Shown in pieces: positions 46,323 to 58,100 of a stretch of 64,000 nt of DNA; positions within the stretch are counted from its first letter, which is position 1, and every line of letters begins with the position of its first letter. A program made the translations under genes and the position numbers. A model generated the notes under the pieces. It did no database searches. It had not been told where the DNA came from and worked only from the letters and a program-made list of their open reading frames with translations. This DNA comes from Felis catus (taxonomy: Eukaryota), in contig NC_058380.1 of assembly GCF_018350175.1 (NCBI RefSeq), forward strand, positions 74,400,001 to 74,464,000. The letters are read 5' to 3'.

Positions 46323-48602
46323 CATTACTGCTTTAGTTTCCTGAGGCTTTCCTCTTCTTCCCTTTTCCCCAGGCTCTCAAAATATCTAGCATAGCTTGGA
46401 GATTGTGATTTCTGGCAGAAATTTGAAGGTTTGTCTTTTGGATGCTCAGGCTGAGTCTCCTCGGTGATCAGTTTTTAACTAACATCGAACCCTGGTCTTC
46501 ACTTAGTCATTTCACAAATATCTGTTAAACATGTTAGCTTGTGCCAGATGCTAGGGGGTCAGCTGTGAGCAGAAGTCGACATGGTCCCTGCCTCGTGGAG
46601 CTTACCTCCTATAGTCTGATGGTCAGGGAGACTCGGCAATGAAATGCAAGTCTGGCGGAGTTCCAGCTGTGAGAGAGCCACCGTGGTCGTAAGCATACAT
46701 CAGGCGGAGCCCCACCTCAGTGTCGTAGAGACACTTAGCAACAGTACAGGCCGGGCCAGGGAGCGTGAGATGCATGAAGTACTAGTACAGCAACAGATCC
46801 CAGAGGGGGGAAGGGATGAAGGAGGGCTTTAAGGAGAAAAGAAACTGTCAGGTAACAGAAAGCAATTCAGGCTGATTTTAAGGAAAATGGAATTTATTGG
46901 CTTGTATAATGAAAAACCCAGGCAAAAGGCTAACTTTATTTTGATCAGGAGCTTAAATGATGCTCTCAGGACTTCATTTCCGTCTGTCAACTCTGCCTTG
47001 TCTTTGTGGGCTCCATTCTCAAGTTCTGCTCTGTGGCCTGCATTGGGTGTTCCAGGCGCACACCCTCCCAGGCCTGAGGCACGTGCCTCCCTCTGAGCAG
47101 TAAGTGGCAAAAGTTCCTTTTATCTTTGCACTGGGCGGCTACAGTGCTGTTAAAACTTAAAGTGTCTCTGGCTCTCGCAGCGGGGTAGATGGGTGCTGTA
47201 AACTGTCAGACCGCCCACAGAACAGTGTGGAAATACTCTTGTCGGGGCGACCACTTCATCTTATTTTTACATCTACGCTGCAGTTACTCACAGAGCCTGG
47301 ATCAGCGCTGTGGTGTAGGCATGAGCCCCGAGGTTTTCCAGCAATGTTTGTGGTAACCCCTTGGGCTTTGTGACCGCGAACCCAGACTTGGCATACAGTG
47401 TCTATTCGTAGAACAGAGGTTGTGAAGGGTCATAAGTTTGAACTCAGGAAGCTTGGGTTTGAATCCTTGCATGTTCACTTTGACCTCTTTGAGCCTGGGT
47501 CTCCTCATCTGTGAAAAGTGGAGGGATGGCTTCTGAACAGGTTTTGGAGGAATAGGTAACATGCGAGAGAATGCTTTCTCGTTAAGCACTGTAGTGTGCA
47601 TACAGATAGGAAGGCCTGTAGCTGTTAACATACACGTAAAGAGGCAGAAACAGGTTACAAGATAGAAAGGATCAAATGCAAAAAAGCTTTGTCTTCAAGA
47701 ACCTGACAGGTCTCATTCTAATCAAGTAGGCATACACTTGACAAAAGCCAGCCATACTGTGAAGACTGAGGATAAAGGAGATTTATCCGTCCATGTGTGT
47801 TATATTGTGACTGGAATTTGAAGGGGTAAGACACGAATATGGTAAAAAAATTCAAGCAGTAAAATAGGGCAATGGTGAAGTTAGTTTCCCTCCCACCCAG
47901 ACCTGGACTCCTCCTCAGAGGCAGTCACTGTTAGTAGTTTCTTGCAAATCCTTCTAGAATATTCTGTTTGAAAGAAAAGATGTCATGTATTCATAATGCT
48001 GGTGAATCCACTGCCGAATGTAAGAACTAGAGCATTAACCAGTGTTGGTTAATGTAAATTGCGGGTTCCTCCCGAATTGCATCCTGTTGTGCCCTCAGGT
48101 TTATTTATTTTTTTGACTTTTTTTTTTTAACATCACTTATTTCTGCCTTTTAAAACCACACAAGGATATGCATTTACCAACCACGCTGACACCATTTTAC
48201 GTCTTGCTTTTTTCTTCTTAAACTGCATATTTGACAGTTTGTACCGTCTTGCTGTACAACGGGTCTTAAGGTTCTTTCCAGTCTTTGGTTAAGGCGGTCC
48301 ATTAGACACTAGAGAGATGTGAAGGGACTGCTCTCCGGGGTAATTTCTGAGCGGTGGAAACGCTGTGCAGTTTACCTTTTGATAGATGTGTGAAGGTTGG
48401 CCACCAAGGGATTGCGTCCTTTCTTTGCTCCCACTAACTGGGAACACCACCTTCCCGCATGCCCTTCAGTCACGAGGTCACACTGCCTGTAGCTGATTCT
48501 TTGTATTCACCGATGAGACTGGGTTTCTCCAGAACTAAGGAGGTTGTGCCAACCAGAGCGTCAGCCTGACCTTCCCTGTGTGTCCTTGCCCCCCGACTCC
48601 AG

Positions 48603-48776
48603 GCCCTGGGATCCCACGGCAGCTGCAGCACTGAGGTGGAGAAGGAGACCCAGGAGAAGATGACCATCCTCCAGACCTACTTCCAGCAGAACAGGGATGA
48701 AGTCCTGGATAACCTCTTGGCCTTTGTCTGTGACATCCGGCCAGAAATCCACGAAAACTACCGCATAAACGGATAG
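48603..48776 (+). CDS. ATP6V1G1: V-type proton ATPase subunit G1, last coding exon (ALGSHGSCSTEVEKETQEKMTILQTYFQQNRDEVLDNLLAFVCDIRPEIHENYRING*)
   Basis: Acceptor ccgactccag| at 48602, branch-point-like cctgac (A at 48569), TAG at 48774-48776. Matches the G1 C-terminus. Confidence 0.98.
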   Translation, partial: ALGSHGSCSTEVEKETQEKMTILQTYFQQNRDEVLDNLLAFVCDIRPEIHENYRING

Positions 48777-49750
48777 GGGAGGAAGGAGCAGCTCTGCGCG
48801 CGGATTGGCATTTTTCGATGCCTTCGTGGTTATGAGGCTTCAGCAAAGCTTGAGTTACTTTCTTGTGAAAAGGCATTAAATTATTTCTGTATGTCATATA
48901 GTAGATCCCTTCACTTTTTAGAGAATAGCAGATCTAGCTTCTTTGTACAAACTTAGAGCTTATCCAAAGATTTTCTTTTACCTCATATTTCTTAAAATTT
49001 AAAGTGTATATGTTGTCTGTTTCCTATGCCTTTTAGCTCAAGCAACATATATATCAATACTTTTTCTTTCTTAGATGTAGTAAAAAAAAAAAATGAATTT
49101 TTTTTTTTTTTTTTTAAAGAAAGAAAGGGATTAAATATTTTTTTTCCCTATAGCTTTCTTAAAGGTCAGGGGCTTTATCTATGAAAAAGTAGTACATAGT
49201 TATTTGTAACTTGTGTGAAGCAGCAGCCAGCCTTAAAATAGTCCTTTCTGGCTAAGGGTTAGAACAGTAAATACTAGTATAATTGTTTGGGCTGCTTTTA
49301 GTTTCTCTTAATCAAAATTACTAGCTGATAGAATTCAAAAACTTGTTACATCGTGTACTGATAATCATTTAAAAGTAAAGACTTTGTCATGCATTTTCCC
49401 TTCTTCTGGTTCATCCTTTTTGATAATGCAAAGTACACTCTGACCCAGATGTTGTGCAGAATTTCACTTAGGAAATTAAATTAGCACATGTATCACATAC
49501 CCATTTGCACGCATACTTAGAAAATATTTGCGGTATGTATCTTAGCAGGAAGGAAATCACTTCTGATTTTACCCAACCCACTAGTTTGAAAACAGCATGT
49601 AACTAGTAAGTCTGTAGTTTGCCTTTTATCTACTGGGGGGGCCCTATTTCCTCCCTGGTGGGCTACCTGATAAGCCTAATACCTATAGGAACTTCACTCT
49701 TAGGAATTAAATGCTCTGTGGCTCTCTATTAGCAGCAAGTCTGGCTGCAA
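48777..49750 (+). other. ATP6V1G1: ATP6V1G1 3' UTR (end approximate)
   Basis: AU-rich unique sequence after the stop, with ATTAAA at 48875, 49130, 49475 and 49706. L2-derived sequence begins near 50040. Confidence 0.6.
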
Positions 49751-50039
49751 AATAATTTCTAGTAGATGAAAACAGTTGAAAGAGAGCATGATGGGATTTC
49801 CTTCCTTGTTCTGAAATAGTAGGAGGGAATTAGATGCCCTTTAAAGAAATCACATTTTCTATGACTCAGGATGGGTTGGTCTCAGGCCACGTCCGTCTCC
49901 AGTTTCTGTTCTTTTTTATAGTAGAATTCCTCGGGTGAGTTTTCTATACGAGCTTTCCCAGTTTTTACTGTTCAAGCACTCCCATCAGGCTTGCCACCCC
50001 ACTGAAGCTGCATGTCAAGGTCAGCAGTGCTGACCACAT

Positions 50040-50610
50040 TGAGAGGTCCAGTCTTCTACTTAACCTTCAGTCCTGTTTGACAGGTCTGACTATTCCTTCC
50101 AGAACCGCTTCCTTAGCCTTGTTGTGCAGTGATGTGCTACCCTGCTCCTCCTCTGTCTCTTGCCAGTTCCAGCTCCTCTTTTCCCAGGGATTTGTTCTTG
50201 GACTTGTCTACACTCATTCCCTTATTGAAACCCACCTACTTTTCATGGCTTTGGATACCATCTATGTTGAAGACCCTAATTTATATCCAACTTCTCTCCT
50301 GAACTCTAGAGTTGTCAGATTGCTTGTTTGATATTTTGATTTGGATCTGTAATAAATCTCTCCATCTTAATGTGTTCCGTAGTGTACCCGGTTTTGTTAG
50401 GACTTTACTCCTGCTGTTGCTAAGTGCAGCAAACCCCACACCCGTGTCTACCACAAATCCAGATTTCCCAAACTGGAGGACCATGAAGAAGCAGCACCTG
50501 CATTCACTGGTTTACACCCAGTATTTAACCTGGTTGCCACCAATATTTTCATCCTGGATTAATAGGGTTGTACTCACATATATTTTTGCTGGACTCTGCT
50601 TCCAGCCCAC
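50040..50610 (+). mobile_element. L2 fragment
   Basis: cttctctcctgaactctagag...tttggatctgtaataaatctctccatcttaatgtgttcc. Confidence 0.6.
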
Positions 50611-51339
50611 CAGCTGAATATTGGTAAAGTTGTAGAAGCAACATAAGTACTTCAAAAGGGGTGTGCTGTAGGGTCAGTTGAGAGGAAAGGTAAGATGTGA
50701 AAAGTTCGAGCTTGGTGGTCTGGGAGAGAGGAACCTAAACGGTCTGAAGAGTGAATTGAATGTAACGTGAGTGAGTGACGAGACTTGGCTGTTCTAGAAG
50801 GGGGAAGGGTGGCAGTAGTGGCTGATGGACGAGGTGGTGTGAGGGAGGTGAGAACACGTTTAAATGCCTGTGGGGAAGGGGGAATAGAGTGAGTGAGACT
50901 GGAGACTCGGGTGGAATGAGATCCCGCGAGAGCCAGGCGCAGAGGGAGGGACTAGCTGTGGCCTTCAAGCTTGATGGTACTCAGGGAAAATGGTGGGTAT
51001 GCAGGCCTTCCCGGGCCAGTTGAATCTATCGATTTCTGGGAGTGGGGCTGGGACGAAGATAAAGCACCCCTGGGGAAGGCCTTCCATTGTGCCCTGATGT
51101 GAGAAATCAGCATGTTTGGTTCTTTGAGCACTAAGGCAGATAGGGTTGGTTCTGACACGGAAAGAACGTGAAGATACACGTGCAGAACAGTGTGCAATTT
51201 GTTCCCACTGAGCGTAAAGGATACGGGTGTGCCTGTGTGTACGCACAGGAGATTTCTGGAAGATTGAGGACGCTGGTGCTCATTGCAGGAGACAGTGCCT
51301 GGGCTGCCACAGGAGGGTTTCTTTGTGCACTTTTCATCC

Positions 51340-51474
51340 ACGTACAGGGTCATTCAGCGTCCCCGGCCTCTACCCACTGGATGCCAGTAGCAGCCCTTCG
51401 GTTGTGACAGTCAATATCTCCATTGTCAGATGTCCCCTGGGGGCCCAAACCTCCCCCAGTTAAGAACCACTGTC
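51340..51474. mobile_element. MER20 fragment (hAT-Charlie)
   Basis: ggcctctacccactggatgccagtagc...tgtcccctggggg...cagttaagaaccactg. Confidence 0.85.
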
Positions 51475-52121
51475 CTGTAGCAACAACAGAATTATTAAAA
51501 ACAAAGTACTACATGTAATTTCTGGAAAGCTCCAGGTGCTCAGCAAATGTTTCCTAATTTTCTAAAAGTCGCTGCAGGGCAGCTGTTCATGTGGTGATCC
51601 AGTGACTCAGTTTACTTCCACTTTGCCGCTCTACCATCTTAGCACACGGTTTCCCTGACGGCGGGGGGTGAGGAAAAGTTGGCAAACACGCCCCGACTCT
51701 TCCGTGCTTCAGTCCTGAAATGACACGGGCACTTGTTCTCAGCCCACTGATGGGCGTGGGTCACATGAGCCAACCTAACTGCAAGGGAGTCAGAAGGGAT
51801 CGCCCTGCGGTATTTTGGATCTTGGGTGAGTAAAAACCATCTACAATTGTTAATAGCTTTCTCTATGCCGGCTGATGTTCTAAGTACTTTTGCGTGTACA
51901 TTAACTTATCCTCAAAGCACTTTATTTTGCAGGCGATGAGGCCGAGTTGCAAGGATGCACCATAATAGAGCCAAGATCAAGACTGGCAGTCTAGCCAAGA
52001 ATCTGTGCTTAACCACTGCATGCACGGAGCATATGTGTCTCCCCTTTTATGTTTCTCACCTGTGTGATTCTTTTCTTTACCGCTCTTGAATCCTAGATTA
52101 ATTGCTCCACTGGGCAATTTC

Positions 52122-52239
52122 TTTTCTTTTCTTTTTTTTAAATTTTTTTAAGAGGCTCCATGCCCAACGTGGGGCTTGAACTCACAACCCTGAGATTAAG
52201 AGTTGGTATGCTCTACCAACTGAGCCAGCCAGGCGCCCC
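52122..52239 (-). mobile_element. Short CanSINE
   Basis: ctgg(g/c)caatttc TSD. Confidence 0.88.
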
Positions 52240-53515
52240 TCCTCTGGCCAATTTCATGACACGTGACCCCTTTGTCTAGAGAGAAGGATGCCCTCAGTAT
52301 TGTCCATTACTGAAGCCCAGAAACTCTTTCGCCATTCTATTTGATGCCATGGCTCAGACCTACTGACGTTCTCCTTGATAGAAGACGTGAAATAGCTTAC
52401 AGAAAGTCAGACCTTGTGTGTAATACCTACAAATTCCCCAAAGATGTGCTATTCCCGCTTTATGGGTGGAAAACAAGCCCTGAATTGCTGAAAGGTGAGG
52501 CAGTTTGTTAGAGGCCAGTCACAGAGTCTCTGCATCCTTCAAGTGACGGAGCCTGTGTTCCAGGCACTTGTGTAACCATACAACAGCCCTGCAGTTTAGG
52601 CACAGGATCTCACTCCCATGGATGGGAAAGCTGAGGCCCGGAGAGGTTTATCGAATGCTCAAGGTCACAGGGCAAGGGAGCCGCAAGAGTGGGCATCAAG
52701 TCCAACCGGATCAGACTGAAGGCTGCGAGGGAAAACCTGCCGTGCCAGGCCTCCAGGCTTTTCCTGAGGTGTGTGGTGGGTGGAGTACTCAGCCTCGTAA
52801 AGCTTCAAAGCCTGTAGCTAACATTCTTGGCACGCTTGGGCTTCCCCGCTGGAAGACTGATGGCACCAGAAGTCCATGGAAGCTGCTCGGTGGAAAGGAC
52901 CTGCGCCCATGAGCCTCCCGTGCTCCTCCTCTTTCACCTCTTCTGTTTTTCTTTCCTTGAGGGGCAGTCTGGGAGACGGCAGAGGGTTTTGTCCTGTCAG
53001 CTGCTCCCGTCACTTCAGTGGCTCCGAAATTCCCGAAAAAGCTTGCACACAGGCAGCAGTTCCGGTTTTCCTCCCTCCCACTCCCCTTCCCCTGCGTAGG
53101 CTGGTCTTACGAGGCAGGAGAGGCACATTCTTAATGGCGAGATTCGGCCAGTGCTTCTGGGAGAGGAAGCCGCCAGATCAGGTCAACGTCTATCTTCTCT
53201 GGCTTTTGAAAAACTTCAGATGACACCGGCTCGTGGGTCAAATGTCAGCTCAAGGCCATAGCTCACTGTGTTTGGAGAGGATGAGCGATGGGGATGGGTG
53301 GGCTTGGAGGGTCAGGAGGTACACAGCCTGCCCTTTTCTCCTACTTGAAAGTAAGGAAGGGAACAGTAGCAACATTCTGGAACACATGGCAGCAGCTGAA
53401 GATAAGATAAAGGGAGAAGCTAGGCTGCTTGTTCCAAGAACATGATTGGTGCGGTTGAGAGTTTTTAAAAATAGAAAGACCAGAGGGCGGAGCTTTCTAG
53501 TTAAAAGCCTGAGTA

Positions 53516-53737
53516 TTTTTTTTTTTTTTTAATGTTTATTTATTTTGAGAGAGAAGGCATGTGCAGGTGCATGAGCAGGGAAGGGGCAGAGAGAGAGGGA
53601 GAGAGAGAATCCCAAGCAGGTTCCCTGCTGTTAGCCTGGAGCTTGACTTGGGGCTTGAACCCACGAACTGTGAGATCATGACCTGAGCTGAAGTCAAGAG
53701 TCAGACGCCTAACCGACTGAGCCCCTCCAGGCACCCC
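53516..53737 (-). mobile_element. CanSINE
   Basis: aaagc(c/g)tgagta TSD. Confidence 0.93.
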
Positions 53738-54147
53738 GAAAGCGTGAGTACTTTCAGTTGCCCTTCCCTCCTCTCCCAGACACGTTTGTTCTCGTTCTTG
53801 AGGCCTTGCCCTGTTTTATTCTCTTCGTACCTGTCCCTGGCTCTTGTCTTCCTGCACCCTAGAAACAGCTCCCCGACACTCCAGGCCTTCCTGACAGGAA
53901 TTCAGAGTGTTTCTTTTGGTTTTGACCCAGTTTCCTGACAAACAGCATGTGACTTGTCTTATTGCCCACACACCTCCTGACAAGGACAGCTGTGTGTTCA
54001 GTCCAAGCTCTCATGTGCTGTTAACCTATATTGTGCGTATCTCACACTGTGCAGTGTGGCGTCCACGATTTCAAATCAACGTAATGGAAAGGAAAATTCT
54101 GTGGGACATGCTTAGGAAGCGGTTTCTAAAATAGATCACGTTTACTA

Positions 54148-54364
54148 GGGTGACTGGGTGGCTCAGTTGGTTAAGCGTCCGACTTCTGCTCAGGTCATGA
54201 TCTCACGGCCAGTGAGTTCGAGCCCCACAGCGGGCTGACAGCTCAGAGCCTGGAGCCTGCTTCGGATTCTGTGTCTCCCTCTCTCTCTGCCCCTCCTCCA
54301 CTCATGCTTTGTCTCGCTCTCAGAAATAAATAAGTGCGTAAAAAAAAATTAAAATAATAAAATA
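54148..54364 (+). mobile_element. CanSINE inserted upstream of MIR sequence
   Basis: aaaatag(a/c)tcac TSD; the MIR core follows at ~54400-54580. Confidence 0.93.
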
Positions 54365-57099
54365 AAAATAGCTCACACTTACTAACACCAGCTTATACCA
54401 GGAGCAATTCCAGGTGCTTTACATAGTTGAATTCTCCCTCTGTCTCTCTGAGATATTATTCCCATTTACACATTAGGAAACTGAGGCACATGGCAATAAA
54501 GTCACTTGCCCAAGGTCACAGAGCCAATTGGTGGCTAAGTCTGGATTTGAACCTGGGTCTGTCTAGCTTCCCAACCCGAATCTCTGCACGATTCAGTTCA
54601 AATTGTTCAGACCGTGGCAACGTTGCAAGTGGTCCATTTCTAAAGGAGTTAGAAAGTGAATCTGTAACTGGCAGACCCGTTTCAAAGAACAAGATGGAAT
54701 CACCTATTCGGCAGTTCTGAGCCCCCCCACCCCCCACCACGTCCCATCTGCTGCCACGCTTGGAGATTCTGCCAGGCTGGGAAGAACTTCGTTCCCTCTC
54801 ACTCCATCCAGGTTGCCAGAGTAGGCGGCCAGCCCTCAGACACGAGTCTGCAACCCTTGCAAACACGACGGTGCAGAGCGTAGAGCTGCTGAGCAATGGT
54901 GGCTCTGGCCGGAGCCTGTGGTTTTCTGGATTTATCTGTAGCTGAAGCCCTGCTGATTGCATTCACAGCTTTTCATTCACTACTTCAGAGGCAGGTAGCA
55001 AATACCGAGGGCGGGGTGGGTGCTGGGGGACAGCTAAGAGCACGGGCAGAAGCCGCTCTATGCGCTAAAGGTTTTTTTTCTCCTTTGGGGGAAGGGGACA
55101 TTGAGCAATGACCACATCATGTGCTGGGGTCGGCCTTAGTTAAACAAGGATACCTATGAGAATGGGGCACAGGAAAGGGTTCCCACCCAGAAGAAGGGCC
55201 CTTTCAGCTGAGACCTGACAATGTGACAGCTGATGATGTGGAATGGGGTTGAGGGTTACCCTCCAGATGGAGAGGAATGGAGACCACTGAGAATGGGAAG
55301 TGAGCAAGGGCACGGGGGTGTAGGAGGAACTGAGAAATGTTCCGTGTTCTTGGACTTTGGGGTTGGGGGAGAGCTAGTAAACATTAGGTCAGGGTAGGCT
55401 GGGGGTGGAGAGGGGCTTGGGCTTGCCACCTACTGCCTTGTGAATCCATCAAGATATTGCTAGCTAAGTCTGCGAACGTGACTAGATTTTACTCACCTTT
55501 TACCGGATTTGAGTCACCATTCTCTCTTCTAGGTGGGGCCCCTGCACCCTCATGCCATAGAGCCAGCACTTAACCACGTGCTGAAGTTTCAGAGAAGCAC
55601 GAGGCGCTTTGCCTTGCTGTCCAAGAATGCAGCTCACTCCCACTGGAGACTTCCCATGAAGCACTTCATCCATCGTCTCCCTTAAGTCTGACCATCTCTC
55701 AGTTTAGCAGATACTGTTACCTTTCTTTCATGAAGGAGGGAACTGAAGCTCAGAGAGGTGAGCCCACCTGTGCAAGTTCGTCTGCCAGGAAGGGGTGGAG
55801 CTTGGTCAGCCAGTTCCAAAGGCCCAGGTCTTCTGTGCCTCCCTAGCAAAGGGGACTAATGCATCAACACGTTTAAGTTCATGCTGGAGTGACAAGCAGT
55901 GGGGGTGGGAGTGAAGGGAGCCTGGCAGGAAGGGCAGGAGTTCAGTCCCCGGCTTCATGCAGGGGGTGGGCCTTGCCAGACAGGCAGGATTTGGACAGGT
56001 GCTGACCTGGCCACACACCCGCCAAAGGATCCCTTTCGACATCCCATCAGCAGTTAGTAAAGTTCTAACATCCCACGGGGCTCACTCTCATGTCCCCAGA
56101 TTGTGTTTTCAGAAATTAGGCAAACTAAATAGGGATCTTGTGTATCTTGTTCAGTGCTGCCCAGTACAATGGCCTGGCACTTAGCAGGCAACCAGTGTCC
56201 TTCGTTGCTGAATAAGTGAATGAACTTCATCTCTAGTTACCTACTGCCTGGATCTCTACTTGCCTGGAGAGTGAAGGCACCTGGCCAGTATCTACTGCTC
56301 TGTTCCTCAATCACTGCTCACTGCCCCCAAGCACTCCACCTCCAGGCCGAGCACTCAGCCAACTAAGTCCTGTGGCCTCAGAGGCCCCCGGCAATTTGGC
56401 AACATCTGTTGAAATTAAGAATGCATCCATTCTGACTCAGCAAGTCCACTTGGAGAAATGCAGGCTAGGGCATGTACACAGCAACGTGGCTAGGACCATC
56501 CCAGCAAGGCCTGGAAGCCAGTGGGGACATCCCCCTCACCCCCCATGTGTCCTCCAGGGGAGAGGGACAAAGGAAAGAGTCTTCCTACAATATTTGGAGA
56601 TTTATGTCTCCCTTCGAAAGGAGGCAGAGCGGAGTGTTCTAGCATGAGGTGAACGCCAGGGAACTCTGTTGAATGAAAATGCAGGGTGCCCAACAGAGTA
56701 GAACAGGCTCCCTTTGGTAGAAATACACAGGCGTGTTCGTGTGTCCATATGGGCCCTATGGAGCAATACGCAAGGTTCGTGAGCTCCCGGGGCGGGGGGG
56801 GGGGGGGGGGGGCACTTTTCCCTGTAGACCCCTCTGAGCCCGGAGTGGGAGGGGTGCGGCCAGCAGCCAATGTCTGGTGAGCAGTTCTGTGTCCGGCAAT
56901 TGTGAACACTTCATACAGACTACCTCATTAAAGCTTTACAGTCCCATGAAATGATCTGTTCTGTCCAGAAAACGAAGACACCGAGACATGAACCACTTGA
57001 CCGGAGATGATCTAAAAAAGCCCAGAGAATTGGCTCGAATCTCAGGTAGCCTGATCCTCCAACAGATGCTCTTAGGGTTTTAGATGCACCAGATGGAAG

Positions 57100-57850
57100 C
57101 TTCTGGTCCCCAAGACGGCCTCATCCGCCCCCATCCGCCCCGGGGCCGCGCCTGTGTTAGATGGGCGGGCGGGAGACTCAGGTGCGGAGGCTCGGGTCGG
57201 GCGGCCGGGTCCCCGCGGGCCCCAGAGGCGTGCACGTGGTCGGCGGGCGCGGAGGCGCTTCCCGGCGTCCCGGAGGGCGCCTGGCTGATGCAAGGGAGGT
57301 CACCCTCTGGGCCCCAGGAGCCGGGCGGGCGGCCCCTCCCGGTGGGGTGACGGCGCGGGGCGGCCCGGCCGGGGGCGGGACCGCGGAGCGCGGCGGGCGG
57401 GCGGGGCGGGGCGCGGATGCCGGAGGCTGCGGCGCGAAGGGGCTGCGGCGGCCCGGACCTTCCGCGTCCCCGGGCGGCGGCGGCGGCGCGGGCGGTGAGT
57501 GTGCGCGGCTCGGGGCGCGCGCCCGGGTGGTTGCGCGGGCGCGGGAGGCCGCTAGCCCAGATTGGAGCGGCGCGGCCGCCTGGGCGTCCTCTCTCGGCCT
57601 GGGGTCGGCGGCGCGGGCGCGGCCGGGCTCTCGGTGCGCCCTGGGCCCCGTTCCCGCGCGTGTCGTGCGTGGGAGGCGTTCTCGGGCGGCTCCTGGGGGC
57701 TGGGGGCCGGGGCCGGGGCGGGTGTGGGGGGGGTGCTTTCGAGGTGAGGAAGACTCGGTGGACAGGACTTGAAGGCAGAGACTGGAGCAGGACAGCTGCC
57801 CAAGGCCAAGGCCAGGTGTGGCGGGACATCCACGGTCCGAATGAGCCCTG
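57100..57850 (+). promoter_or_regulatory. TMEM268: CpG-island promoter of TMEM268
   Basis: Very GC/CpG-rich block with tandem GGGCGG boxes and CACGTG at 57233-57238, ~4.6 kb upstream of the TMEM268 ATG exon. Confidence 0.85.
57420..57494 (+). other. TMEM268: TMEM268 non-coding exon 1 (5' end approximate)
   Basis: Strong donor GCG|gtgagt at 57495, just downstream of the GC-box cluster. Confidence 0.65.
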
Positions 57851-58056
57851 TCCTGCTCGGACTCCGTCCTGCACTGGCTCTTTGACCTTCATTTCTGGGT
57901 CTTAATTTCCTCATCTGCAAAATGGAGAGCTTGGACCCATTGTCTTTCAAGTCTTTTCCACCCTAAAACTTCTGTGACAGGCCCTCTTATGGCCTTTTGT
58001 TGGGGCTTTCCAGTGTAATGAAAACAAAACCTGACTCGAGAAAACTGTTAAGCTCG

Positions 58057-58059
<3 letters not shown>

Positions 58060-58096
<37 letters not shown>
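58060..58096. repeat. (CT)n microsatellite
   Basis: Read directly. Confidence 0.95.

Positions 58097-58100
<4 letters not shown>

Noticed and set aside
46443-46453. gctcaggctga, matching part of the expected exon 2 (AQAE codons)
   Set aside because: Only 11 nt; the flanks do not encode the exon.
3746-53734. Many 60-90 aa ORFs starting MAQSV.../MLAQ... or containing SPASGSVLTAQSLEPASDSVSPSLSAPP
   Set aside because: These are translations of CanSINE bodies recurring at each SINE copy, not a gene family.
57080-57950. 130-270 aa Arg/Pro/Gly/Ala-rich ORFs on both strands
   Set aside because: This is the expected stop-codon scarcity of a CpG island; no recognisable protein.
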